Assembly: GCF_963853765.1 (NCBI RefSeq)
Contig: NC_088855.1
Location: 28,706,001 to 28,770,000 of the forward strand
Direction: 5' to 3'
DNA from: Magallana gigas
Taxonomy: Eukaryota
DNA length: 64,000 nucleotides
Under the pieces are notes generated by a model. It was not told the DNA's origin and did no database searches. It saw only the letters and a list, made by a program, of their open reading frames with translations. Position numbers and translations under genes: made by a program. Shown one piece after another: positions 26,640-40,900 of this stretch (positions within the stretch are counted from its first letter, which is position 1; every line of letters starts with the position of its first letter).

Positions 26640-29600
26640 CCTTAAGTACATCAGAAAAAAAACTTCGTATGCTGCAGCTGTTTACCTTAGGATTGTCTGA
26701 ATCTTTTCGTCGAAATCCATGGATTTTTTATTATGACCCTTATGTTGGTATTATTGATGAAAAAAATCTTGGAATGTGAATAAGACTTAATTGTTCGAGA
26801 AATGAAGAGTGTTAAAATAACCATGCAGAGTACTGTCTGTAATTTTGTTAAAAACAGATTTCCTTTTGTGGGTACCGTGTACCTTATCATGAAATGCACA
26901 CGCTGTACGTTTCAGGATGTATGAAATTCAAGTCAAACGAACGTGTAATTTACCATTCAAACTGTGTCAACAAAATATACATGACACCCTTTCATTTTAC
27001 TCGGGAATTAATCACGCTCATAAGTTCATGGTAACACTTGACGTGTATATTTTCTCTGCTTGTAAAATGTTGGGGGGAAATAAACCAAGAAATGACAACA
27101 TATCTATTCGTATTGTTATTAAAACTCACCGCTTCATGATCATAATGCAATCATGGAAAAAAAAACTGTTTGGACTAAAAGAGCTGACAGTTATATTTTT
27201 GATGCAGTGCCACCTTTTTACACCTTTGATAAGAAACAGGTTCTGACCGCAAAGACTTGCTATGGCCGTCTTGTCATGTTTATGGGGCGGCCTTATGAGT
27301 AATGATGAATACATGCATTAATGGCAAACATTCAGGAAATTGTTCTTGAACATGTACAAATGTTTTTGCACGTTTTACTGAATTCTATACATATGTTTTT
27401 TGTTTTCCCTTACCTTTTTCAGCAAAATTTATGGGAATTTCTGAACTATAGCAACTTGTTTTTTGTAATAATTTAGAACCAGTCATTGTTTAGCCATCAA
27501 TTCAGAAGCAAAATAATCTTAACAAACATGCATGTACATATCGCTAATACATTTTGGTTTTTGTTCCTCGGTTGTGTCAAAAAATGACTTCTTTGCCTAC
27601 TTGAAATAGTTTTACGTCCGTTTTTTTAACCAATAAAGTTTTACAAAAATTATGGTCCAAAAATTTTCCAAAAGGTAAAAAAAAAATCTTATTAAAAAGA
27701 TATGTATTCACTTAAACAATAAAATGCCTTCTTTGGTGATTTATGCGGAATATAAATTGGCGACATTGTAAAAAATATATATATATAACCTGCAGTGATC
27801 GCTACCTTCATAACCCGCATAATTAATCAAATAAAACATTTTATTGCTTATATTCACATCTTTATTTTAGAAAATTAATAAATTGATCGTAAAAAGTAAG
27901 TAAAATTAACTAAATTACTGTTAATGTACATCAGTACGTTAGCTAAAAGAAACAGCCAAATCGTCTCCTGTGAGACTTTGAGTATGACATCATCATGATT
28001 ATTTCGTGCAGTTTGAGATTTTTCTTAGGTCACTGTAGGTTTCGACCAATCGATAAATGGGGCGTGTAGATTTCAGTCTGGCTGTTTCTATAGAGCTATG
28101 GATGAACTACAAGTTTCCGTAAGAAATAGAGGGAATCATGCTCGGTAGATGTAAATTTATTGCGATATACATTATTCAGCACGTCCTGTTTTCAATCACA
28201 TTACTTAATGTGGATAATATTCGCTTTTTAAGTAGCTGTGTAACTCTTACTACGACAGTATTAGTTTAAGAAAATTTGAATATTTTCATACGATGATGAG
28301 AGCCAAAAAGGTGTGACTCACTGGGTAGATCCGGTTACATATGGATAAAATCAGCTTCATGAGACGACCAAACGTGCAGAAGTGTTGAACGTTATTAAAT
28401 GGGTATATACTGCATATCAAATGAAATGAACACGAAAAGCATTTCACATCTAGAAACATGCGAAAATTACCCAATATTTATTTTTCAGCGCAAGCTAGGA
28501 ACTTCTCGTGAATTTCGTCCGTGCATTTTTACATGTAAAATATCTTGCACGTGTTTTGAAGCTTGGTTGTTATTATTAAACAAATTATGAGTAAATAATG
28601 AGTAAATAGTTAAATGGTAAGTGTTCACATTCTATGAATTACTAGACTCAATAATATTCACTTTGATAAATATATAAGCAATGTGAAATTTTTTTCTACA
28701 TTTATGAGGTTTGCCGAATCATAAATTACAAGTACATATAACCAAATGTACAGGACGGCATGTCAAAATGATTCTTTTTAAATTTCCGTGTTTTTTTTTC
28801 TTTTAGAACCTTTGCTTTTTTAAATAATCTTAGAGGTGGATTTAACCACACATCCTGCCAAAAATCTCAAAAGACATAAAAATAACGAAGTATCAAGCCC
28901 ACACCTAATCGAAACAAAGTTTGAACCAAAATTATCTTTTTTTAAATGATTAATATTTTTCCAGCAATTCACTTTACATTTGGTACAAACGGTATTCCGG
29001 GTTTCTAATTCGGCAAAACACACCTTTGTCTTGTGCGAAAGAAGCTTGTTAGAACTGTACGATAATTTACTTGTTATACACACAAGATTTATGTTGGAAA
29101 AATATATAAGGTCAAAATATCCCACAACAGTGCGTCCGTATGTAATTTTAAATTCACTGGTTGGGTGAAAACGCAATATTTACAACATCGAAACAAGATG
29201 TATAGTAAAGACAAAATTTAAAATAACTTTAAAATAACGGTAATATAAAGAATAAAGTTAGAGGTTAAAGTTGGATTAAAATAACTCAAAATTTTAGAAA
29301 TCTTGACCACTTAAAAATGAATATAAAGGTAGAAAAAAACCCAAGAAAATGGTATTTTGCATCAATTCTGTTTTGTGCTTTAAACATTCTTAGTCACCAT
29401 TTTTTCACGGTTGTTTTATTAATTTTCGTGGTAAAATGAAGTAGAATATTACAAAATTATATTTGACCAACCGTTAAGTAGCACTGCCATCAACAACAAG
29501 ACGGACTCGCACAACGACGTTATACTTTATTGTAATCCATCATTTTTGTTAAACCAAGTCCTTATTCCATTTTTCTCTTTATTCAGTGTAGACACATTGC

Positions 29601-30063
29601 ATATCTTGCTCACAGAGACCATAGGAAAGCGAGATCTTCACAAATGCAATGTACTTTATTTAAGAAGGCTGGATGGTCATGACTATTTGAGACTATATTA
29701 ATCTCCCCATGAAAAAGAGTTCATTGTAAAGATATCGCAAAATGTCCAAATTTCAAAGATATAAAACAAATATGGATTTTTTAAACTAAATTTTTTTTAC
29801 TAAAGAAATCATATATCTAGATAAATAAAGATGGGTTTTTACTTTACTAAAGAAATCATATCATATATAAAAATGAAGGAAGTTATGTTACGTTAATTGG
29901 TTGACCACCCAGCCTCCTTAAAATGCAACTTTAACCTTTTGATCTGTCCTGATTCAGTTTATCTCTCAATACAACATGGGGTTATCTGTGTTGTCACATA
30001 TCGCACTGCATAATAATAGTCTATTGTATCACTGGACGTTATGTGGTAAAGACAGGAGGTAGT

Positions 30064-33000
30064 TTATCCATACTTGCACACACATACTCGTTTGGGACAG
30101 AACCCTTTCCTGCAGTTCTCTGTGCACCAGCCTTTGATTGCGCTCTGTTGGCCGTATTGGTCTGCACCATGGCAAATAATCGACTTTTTGGGACTTCCTT
30201 TAGCAGATGGCTTTTGAACACTCGATTTCTTCAAAGAGGGACTTTTGATCATGGTATCTCTAGGAAGAACTTTGTTTTGAGGTCCGTCGTATTTGATTTT
30301 CTGTTCAAAATTTTTGTTTTGTGATACATTGTCTTCGATTTTTTGTCCAAGATTTTTATTTTGTGGTGTATTATATTTAATTTTCTGTCCAAATATTTTG
30401 GGATTTTTCTTGTAGAGATCAATATACGCTTCTTTCGACAAAAAATTAACGTTCGTCGGAGGTTTGGAAACTTTTTCGACCTTGAGTTCGTCACGGTTAA
30501 ATTCCGAGAGAATTGGTAATATCGGGGGCTTCGTGGGGTCAATGGGTTTTGAAGTGGTGGTTTCAATATCTAACATAGAACTCGTGGTTACTTTAACCCT
30601 TTTGTTTACACATCTGCACATGTGTTGCGGACAATTTCCTGCTTTGCAATTTCTCGTGCACCAGGTGTTGATTCCTTTTACATACAGAAAGCTGCTTGCC
30701 CCAGAGCAGACCAGTGTCTTTAAAGTTGCCATTTCCTCAGTGGTTGTCATTTTGTCTCGTTTCTGCTTCAACTCAAATAGCCTTGAATCGAGATTGTGCG
30801 TGTGATGTCGGTATTTATCAAATTCGCTCATTCTCCCATTAAAGGCTGATCTAAACTTACTCATCGGACCCTTGAGATACTCTTTCGGAGAAATTTCACT
30901 CAGAGCTATTGGGTTGCCTTCGATGATGTCATCAATGCCGTAGTCGGCTTGAACAATCATTGGTCGAGTCGGGGGCCAGGGTGACTTGAGCTCAAATTTG
31001 TAGCGGTTTTTCATGTCTGTATTTGGAACTGGAGATTTTCCTAGAGACCTCAATGGATCCCATTTTACTGAAGCCATATTCTGACCGTTCCTTTTGTTGG
31101 ACTCTACAAGGAGTGATTTCATCATCGACCAAAGCATATCGGAGAGCTTTTCCAGAACTGCCACTTTTTGTCCGTTGTGTTGCGTTGTCTTGATATCAAG
31201 AGCATCGATTTTCAAAGTTGGCTGCGACTTAAGTTTTAATGTCTGTTCAGCATTCAGCAGCGATTTCATCGCGGATTTTACTGTTACGGGCTGAATCACG
31301 GTCGGTGGCGTTCTTGATCTAGCTATCGCTGGATCTGATTCCAGAAGAGAGTTAATAACTGATTTTAAAGTTACTGGCTTGATAAAACTTGATGGCGTTT
31401 GATATTTTGTTTCTTTTGCCGCTAACAGGGATGGAAGAATTTCAGTGGATTCCGACAAGTTTCTTGAAGCAGAAACCGAATTTTCAGTTACCGAAGATCT
31501 CGTAATCACCTCTGGATACGCACTGGTAACAATAGAAGTTTGGTAGTTATCAGTGGAGTAGGTTTTCTGATCTTCAGAATAAGGTACCTCATCCATGGAA
31601 ATGCTTCTGAAGTTTTGCAGTGTCTGTTGGAATTGTATTTCCAAAGGCTCAAAGGGTTTTAATGGTGATTCCCTGGAGCCACTCGTAGAGTCTGGGCTCT
31701 CCATAATAGAAATGTCTGCACACCCGTAAAACTCTTCTTGTGGACCCATTCCATGGCCACAATTGTCGTTGATATCACAGTTCCATCGATTACCTTGATT
31801 AAAAAAACAAATCAGAATTTAAAAAAAATCAATTTTAAAACAGCTTTTTGATCATTCGATAACTAGTAAAAGAAATTGTGAAATATCACCGAATTTTGAA
31901 AATTTTATGCATGTTTTAATAAAAATGGATAGGTCAGAATTGAAAATTTTGCTTTCATACATCAAATAATTTTTTGTCTGATGTGCCTGGCTACCTGTAT
32001 TATAACGCCACTGTAACACGCAGTGATCACATGACATGTTTGCAGGCAGACGACCCTTCATGAAAATCACTCCGTTTTCGGATGCTTTCACGTGATATCG
32101 TCCATCTCGAGTCTCCGTTATGTAAACAGGATGTTTATCCAAACAATCTTGCGTTACTGGGACATTCGGATCTTCAACAGGGCAGACTCGGTACTCGAAA
32201 TATCCAAGGTGGTTCGCTGAGAGGTCTACTGTTAAGTCTATGACATCACCAGTTTTGTAGTTCCGAGTGATGACTCCTGATGCGTATCTGCCTCCTGCTT
32301 CATTTGGTCTGGGAATGTCTTGGACAGGATCACCACAGACCCCGCAGCGCCCTCTGTTGTGGATCCACTGGTTCTGAAAGTATTTGTGGATGTCTTTTAC
32401 TTGCACATGTAATATTTGGCAACAGCTGACATAAGCATCCTTTGGGGTTATTTTGGATTTTTTTCTGTTGATTTTAACTTGCCATATCTAGCACAAGGGA
32501 ATCCTTTTTCATTGTTGTAAAATTAGACTTTCAAACAAAAAAAATTATTATGACAGGCTAGAAGTTCTTGTGTTGTTCCCATGAACTTTGCTGTGCATCG
32601 TGATTTAGTTGATTTTAATATTAACTTGTAATCAATTAAAAAAAACTGCACGAAAATCACAGCGAAATATGTAGATGTCATTGAATAAATATGATTATTT
32701 AAGATTTCTTTTCTTATAACAAGAATACATGTATCCATCAGTATCAAATAGCAGAAAAAACCAATCTCTCTAATTACGGTGTAAGCCGAGTTGCAATGGA
32801 CTGGTCACGGTTCGTCTGTACATAGACCAGTTTAGAGAAATCATTGCTTTATCGGGGTGTAAATCCTGCGGTCTGACAGACATCACCCGCGCAAAAGCTA
32901 AAATTGTTGGTAAATAGTAACAACTGCATCGTAAAAGTCACTTCGTCCGCGTGATTGTTATAATTCTTGGTTGTTAACTGCATACCAAATTATTTCCCGG

Positions 33001-34642
33001 CAAGTAGTATATTTTTCTATTTCTCAACACAATGATGGCTAAGTCTTTTGATTGATTGATAACTGAATTATTCATTAATGTAGACTTACTAGTAACTGAT
33101 ACAACATGCTGTGTACAGATAAAAAAAAATCACCTGGATTGATGGATTTTTGTTATAGATTATTGCATGGCGAGATTAGTATAGTCAATATACGTTGAAA
33201 TACCAGACCCTTTGTCGTTAATGGTAATCCACAATGAGGGGGCACCGATGTCTAGCTGCATATCTTGATGTATGCTTCCATAATTAGTGGTTTGGTGGTC
33301 TTAACGAATGACTTTTATCTGGTATTGAGCAGAGGTCTCCTTGTGTTACTAATAATCAACTCTTTGTACAAAGACTTTGAAGCTCGTTCGGGAACAACGA
33401 ATAAAAGCCCATAAGTACACGTTTTCATTCAAAACGGGCAGCATTCTATAGGTAATTCTTTGGTTTTTTTGTTTTGCTAATTAAGGTTCATTGCGGGGGT
33501 TGGCCATGCAGTAATAAATACTTTCAGGTCAAATAAGCTCCCCCTAATGACATAAGATATTATTTACAATGTATGGTCAGATATTGAATGCACTTTGCCA
33601 TTTTTTTCGTGTTTTGTATTTTGTTCTTCAATGGATTTGTCATAAACGCAAAACATTATTTACTGTTTTAGAGAAGTGTTTTTTAATATCAATTTGTTTA
33701 TTATATATCGCTTTTACAACTTCAGAAACACGAAAGAAGCTAAAATAAGCCAAATGATTTTTTTTACTTAATTTTATTTTTACACACTATAATAAAAGTG
33801 GATAAAACCCTTATTTTGCAACAGTTATGGAAAATGAAAGAGCTTAAACGAGCTATGAACATTTCAACATTTTTATTCATACCGATTTTTTTTTTTTTAC
33901 AAATCCTTCGAATGGCATTTCATTTCATCGGGATCTTGTCAATTTTGTGGTGGTGGAGCGTCGACTTTGATATTTACATGTATAGTATTAAATTCTAACG
34001 TTGTCAAAAATTAACATCTCTTGGATTTGAAGGTGAGCGACCCCCATACCACCTCTTTAAACTCTTCATTTTAACACAACCCCTGAGTAATGTTTAACAC
34101 ATCACAATGGTTTTATTTGTCACTTCGTAAAGGCTACACAACCATAAATTTGTGACTTTATTAATTACCGGGGTTCTAAATTATACGCGGTTAATGGGAT
34201 AGAATAGAGGGTAAGGGTTACTGACTTCTTATAAAACAGAGAGCTGTTTCAACAAACTAAAGTAAAAAAAAAACAAAAAAAACTTAGGATTTATGCTAAA
34301 ATCCAAAATTAATTGAGACCTCTGTCGTTTTATTGAGTTAGAATCAACATGTTTTTCTAAGCTTTTAGAATACATGTTCATGCATTGACATAAAATAATT
34401 CGATTTTTCTTTCTGAAAAAGCCTTCTATTGCATGTGTACATAGAAATTGTATGCAATCAATTTTAATCTAACCTTCGACCATTATTGTAAAGAAATCCG
34501 AAACCATAAGTATTGAAAAATTTGTTTCGATTTTGCTAGAGTTCGATCATAATCATAATCCATAGTCAGTTTTAAATCACGGTTAAACACTGCCAATAAA
34601 CTAAACAACCAAAAATCCTTTATCTATTTCTATTTGTTTGTT

Positions 34643-34710
<68 letters not shown>

Positions 34711-34886
34711 AAACAATAAACAGGTCTCACCTCGTACCCACCACAGTTCAACTCGTTATCATTCGCATTCATAGGGGTGTGGAATCCCCGTCTCCACATG
34801 GAAGAGCGACTAGGGGGCTCCCAGAGTTTTCCATGTCCGAAAATCCCCTCAATGTGTAAGCACACAAAAATCCAATGCAAAAACAT
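30064..34886 (-). CDS. Secreted AA15-type lytic polysaccharide monooxygenase (LPMO/chitin-binding type-4 domain) with a long C-terminal extension, 754 aa
   Basis: Exons 34886-34731, 32373-31995 and 31793-30064 (2265 nt, phases consistent). A 17-aa signal peptide is followed by His (HGKLWEPPSRSSMWRRGF..NDNELNCGG). Also CGVCGD, SANHLGYFEY (A-x-H), CVLQWRYNTGNRW and PQEEFYGCADI. Confidence 0.92.
34645..34708. repeat. (TC)n microsatellite in LPMO intron 1
   Basis: Direct observation. It explains the spurious poly-RE and poly-LS ORFs in the track. Confidence 0.95.
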
Positions 34887-37429
34887 CGTATAAAGCTGAG
34901 ATTTTTGTCACGTATTCTTTTCAATCAAAATGTAAGTTTGCAAAACTGCACACAAAATGCCATATCTTTTAAAAGAATAGTATAGTATAATTGATTTTTA
35001 AAAAAACTCTTTAAAAATCCCTCACAGAAAAGTGGATGAGTGGGTTTTTAGGATCATTCTTAGTACAGAAAGGAAAACCAAATTCGTGTCCGTGCTATTA
35101 TTTACATCGTTTTACAGGTTCCCCGTGTAGAAGTTCACCAAACATGCCAGTTCTGCAATTATCAGGACACAATATTCCAATTTTGTCCCCAATTGCAATG
35201 CATACGGGCCGCTTCTAGCGGGGTCTCGCCTCTTCCATTCAACCAGCACGCGTTCTCGAGGGACGGTTGGTGATACACGCGCTCGTAAAACGCTCTCGTC
35301 TGACAAGCTGACCATTACGTGTGAGGGGAGGCCCCATTTAATTGACTGAGGGCCAGACCGAGCGACGAATTATGTACTACGTCGTGTGCTACACTAAAAT
35401 AGAAAAGTAGACAAAATTCTAAAGCGTCAGTTTATTTTTCGAAGAGGCTTCGTACAAAAAATCCACCTGGTTGCACCTGATAAACGCTTGTTCAACCTCT
35501 GGTTGTGGTTTAGTAATACATGTAGCATAGGATTCATTTGTTTGACCCTTTTTAGAAAAGTAAGTGATATTAGGTTCACAAATGTCAAATGACCCTTGGT
35601 GAATTTGAAGAAATCAACATTATACACAGTAATTATATACTAGTAGATGGTATAATATTATTGCTTGTTGATTAAGATATCTTTTAAAACCAAGCGACTT
35701 CTCTTCTTGGATTTTCAGCAATAAAAGCGTAAGCAATGTTAAAAGGAATGAAAAAAAAATGAACCAGACTTGATCATATTATACTAGTAATACCGGCCCC
35801 TATTCATTTTTCTTCCTCCTTTATAATTCGGTAAAAATTGTTGCATTGATTTATTGAAAAATAAAGTACACGTATAATCTTTGGAATAAAGTATATGTGT
35901 ATCTTCTTGTAAGCCAGTATACGCCTTTCACAATATCCAGTTAAGTTTAACATTTTCCTTCCCTTAACCACCAGACTCACAAGCCAGTGCAATTAAACGG
36001 AAAGAATTTTAATTTCACGAAAGACCAATATTTTACGTCCACTGCAAGCAAACACAAAAAAAAAACCAATTCTTCACAGATTTATGAAAAATGAAGCAGT
36101 GTAGCTTTGCAAACTGGTCGAAATATCAATTTCTCATTTTGTAAAGAAGAACGTTCGTATTCAGTTATATATTTGTTCTAGGGGGTTTTAAATTATTTTT
36201 ATTAAAAATCACAAAATAAAAACGTGGCATTAATTTTCAAAAGAACACCAAAAGTTAAGAATATATCAAATGTTACCTAGTTATGTTTTCTCAAGGGTAA
36301 AAGTGCGTTTTACTTATGCAATTAATAAAACCTCTAAGTGCTCACCCCTTAAAAATCGAATAATTTTTAAAAAACTATGAAATAAAATGAAGTGAAACTT
36401 TCAACATATTGTAAAAGATGTACCGTATGTCTTCACATCATTAGCACAGATAAAGTAAAACAATAATGATTGAAATCAATAACCCGTGAGGAAAACAAGA
36501 AAGTTGTATCTTTCAGCACGTAATTTATCAAAATGGCAACGTTTTGCGATTGACTTTAGTCTTTCGTATTATTCTCAAATGATTAACACTTAAAATTTGC
36601 CAAACGACCAGTGAGGAAAAAACCAAGAGCAGTTGGAATGTGGGTGTCTGAACTATTCTTACGACAAGTTGTACCCACTGTTTTTTTTTCGTCCCCGTTA
36701 TTGTTTTAGGTACTTGGCAATCCGTATGAAGTATTATTTTAACATAATTTGTCAATGCTTTAGTGTATTGCCATTTCCAGCGACAACTATATATATATAT
36801 ATATAACAACAAACCGAAAGCTCAACCAAACCGGAAGTGTTCATGATATTCATCAAAGGTCAAGATCTTGGGATCGCAACCAGATGTCATTTCGTTGATT
36901 TGAATTGATCATATGTTTATTGTGCCAATTTTTAATTGGGACTTGGCACACATTCTGTAACCTAGGTTGTCCTCTCCCCATATATATCCAAGTACAGCTC
37001 TATCGTTCTTAGCCATTGAAGAATTAGATGAAAAACAGCCACACCAACAGCAAGACAAACTATAGCGTTTATTTCATATGATCAATGCGCTACCGGTATA
37101 TTGGGCGGATACTTAGAACTTGGGTTCAGTGTATTCCTTAAAATTTAGCAGAAGACACCAACTTTTTAGTAGTTTTTCAAATAGAAAACTATGTCCGCAG
37201 CCATCGCCTACAATCTCGCATTATAGCTTCATCATGTGGCATTACATAAGTTTATTGTGGTGATAGCTGCAAATACATTTTCCTGTTCCAAAACTCTGAA
37301 GAGAAATGCACCAGTTTTCACCATTGTTGACAACATTCTAAGAAATATGACAAATTTTGGAAGTCGTTATTCTCTTTCGAAATCAGAACAAAAGTGAAAT
37401 AAAGTCTACCAGAGAAAGCATTTGTTTAA

Positions 37430-37944
37430 AGGGGCATGGTCACAATTTTGGTCAAATTCTATTTTTCTGTTTTTATTATTCAGAATACTTTAGGAATGCA
37501 TTTCTAGTGATCAAGCGAAATTTGAGAGCCAGTCGTAGAGTCATAAGTAAGATACAGGGCTCACAATTCCTTGTCATGTAAACAAGGCTCGTGCCCTGTT
37601 TTTGTTTACATATATTTCATATGTTTTGTTTTCAATATACCACTAACCAGTAAAAAATTTTCTTCAAGTTGATTTGTCTGTCTACTTCTCATTTTAAGCA
37701 TAAATAAACAGTTCGCAACGTTTAACACATTCATTTCAGGTTTAAAACTAGAATTTTCACTTCAACATTTAAAATGTAAACAAAAGCTTTGTTTACATAA
37801 TAAAGAAATACAAGCTCTGTAACTTGCTTATAACTTAACGAATGGCACTCAAATTTTATATGACTATTAAAAATGTCTCAGTGAAGAATTGTAAACATTA
37901 AGATCGGGAAAATAAATTTTGACCAAAATCGTGACCATGCCCCT
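37430..37944. mobile_element. Non-autonomous TTAA-specific DNA transposon (Kolobok-like MITE)
   Basis: TIR AGGGGCATGGTCAC(A/G)ATTTTGGTCAAA at both ends; TTAA duplication at 37426-37429 and 37945-37948. Confidence 0.85.
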
Positions 37945-40900
37945 TTAATTTATCTTTTGCGTGTTTTGGATTTAAGAGTATAGTATAGTTTATCATTTGA
38001 AGGAACTATATATTTCACAACTCTTATATCTTTATTTGATTTAATTTTTTTTCTTTTGAAGAGAGGGAGGGGGTAATATTTTCAGTTCTGATTTTCCTTC
38101 CCACAAACTTAAATATATTTCAAAACTAGAGATTGCTCTAAAATAAGTTGCCCTTTTAAAGACGTTTCGCGGCAAGAAATATTTGCGATGCATGGTGCTC
38201 TCGCGAACGTCGTAATATTTTTAAACACGCAAATGAAGGTTGGTTTACAGTAAGTAAAATATTTTACAGCTTCAATTAAATTGCCATCAAATCGTAACTA
38301 TGATATTTCTTACTTCATTAACAAAAATACGATGTAGCTGCAAATGCGATTACCAAATAACTCGTCTTTTGATATGCAGATATATTATGTATAAACTGGT
38401 GTGTCATTTCTGTTTTATGATGTTTTTTTTTAAAGGAAATGGATCTCTATGGATCAAGATCTATTAATTTGAACAAGATGGTTATGTATTTACATACACC
38501 AAGAACAGAAATTAACATCGAGTTCATTATCATTGCAAATTATTTCAAGCAAGTTATTATATATTATATAGTTTATGATATCGTATCAATATACATGTAT
38601 TTACATTCATTAAGCTAAGCCAATGGTCGTGATTTGTATACCACGATATTTGACAAATCTCTTCTGCTCTGATTTATAGGTCAGACTGTTATACTGCGTG
38701 AAATTGTGGGTAAATTCTGTTCCCGGTACTGTTTTGACTGGCAGTAATATCGACACAGTGGCATAACTCTTGACAGACACCACAAAACACATAACATTGT
38801 ATGCGATAACAAAAGGGAATGCAAAAAAACAACGAAATCCCTTCAGTTTGTATTGTTTTAATTTCATCTTTAGCAAATATTAACATTATTTACGCAATTG
38901 ATTGCTCCAAACTATTTTTTTTTTGGTCGTTTGAAAAAAAAAAATTGCACTGCAGTATAGTTTGGTGTATTGGATATTTAAAGTTGAATCAGTTGTCAAA
39001 AGTATTCTTCAATTGAAAGCAAATGCAATTGATTTGAAGAGGCGGTGATGTTTGCAATCTTTTGTCTTTTACCACGAGTCTTACAAATCAATTCCCAGCA
39101 AAAAGCCAACTTTAGTCCTATTTTTACGTCATTCGAATATCTATATGCAATTAAATTAAATATTTTCTGCCTAGAAAATGCGCTAAGCAATTAGTCTATT
39201 TTTAAAAAAATTAAACCAGCATCATACAAAAGAATAATAAAACGCAGAGGAAATCAAATTACAGAATGTACTCTTGTGCGTGGGACTTTTAGAACAATTA
39301 AAGAAGAAAAACGTTTATAATTAAAACAATGAATTGATTTAACTGTTTTTATTATGTTATTATTACAATTACATGTGTAGTAAACATTGGTAACGGAATA
39401 ATTGTCTGGGTTTCAATTTATGAGGGTCATAAATTGATGGTTACCAAGTGGTAACCTCGTGATAATTTGCATAAACTCGAAAACCGTGACGATTCATTTT
39501 TATATAACTTTGACATATTGATTTATTTGACGTATTTTATGATATATATTTCTGTATAAAATCATCTCTATGAATATACAAAATTAAATCAATGCATATG
39601 ATTGTTAAACACTGTCACATATTTAGATAATTCTGCATTTTTATTCGAAAATATAAATCCCAAAATCTTCAAGATTTCTATCAAATTGTTCAAATCAACA
39701 ACTAAGGTTTCTCATTAAAATTGCTAGCAGCAGGTCTGTAGCTTCCGGTCTGACAAAAATTCGAACGGACGACCTGGTCGGGCTACAGTATAGAAACTTC
39801 GTGTGGAATCTACACGATCCAGTTCTAACCAGTTTATCGATCCGTCGAAACCTTCAGCGCCCTAAGAAAAATCACGGGTAAAATGTAGAATTTACACCAT
39901 ATTTACATACGTATATTCATTTTCTGTGTTCAAATTCGCTAAATCCCTCTGTATATGAAAGTATATGAAAGATATTCCACGAGATACAAAATATATACTA
40001 TATAAAAAGATAGAGAGGAAAAATAACCAGGATCGATTCTGCAGTAATGCAGCTTAACTCTTAAGGCTTTTAAAATAGAACATTTAATTCATTCTTAAAT
40101 ATATTGGTATTCGATTTGATTGGTTTGAATTACGAGTAAGTTGCGAATTCGTTAATTTCTAAAAGACAGAAACGTTTGCATTTGGTTAAACTTACTTGAT
40201 TAAATTACAAAACATGCTAAAATTATTTTGTTGATAAACAACAATACAGTTTAACGAATTGGGAAATTCGTTCTAAACGTTGGAGCAAATTGGGTTCGCA
40301 TACTATTCCTCAAAACAAGTACGAGGACGTTCTTAGAATCAAAACGGTGAACACAGCATTGTTTAAAATTTGCTTTAATCAAAGCTTTGATTAATGCAGG
40401 AACTCCAATTTTTTTATGCCACTTTCTTCATTAGAACATAAGCCGCCAAAAACCCATTTTATTGTTCAAATATTTGAATACTGAAAATATCATGTTGCTT
40501 ATGTTCTGTCTTTGATGATATAAAAAAAAAATAGGGGTAAATATCGACATTTCGATGCATAAAAAAGATTTTAAAAGGTTAATTCATCACTTAATAATGT
40601 CGGACATCCCTTTATCCATGCACTGCAGCAAAATTTAAAGGTCTACCGGAGTATGATACTACTCAAGTTTAAATGGGTTTCAAGAGGGAAAAATGTATTC
40701 ATTTTAGAGATGTTACACAAGATATAATCAATATATAGAACACAGAATGTAAAATAAATGTTTGAGTTCAAAAGTAAACAGAATCCCTGCATGAAAGCAA
40801 GTTGGTTTTTCAGTTGCTGAATTATTTTCTCGGGGTTAATCTAGCTACTCTTGAAATTTGTTGCAAAACTACTTTCTGGATGTAAATATCGGCTATAAAT

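Noticed and set aside
26687-29176. Cluster of 60-120 aa ORFs between ILKAP and the LPMO; likewise 35400-42200
   Set aside because: AT-rich, F/I/L/K-biased translations with no splice-consistent structure or motifs; UTR, intergenic and repeat-derived DNA.
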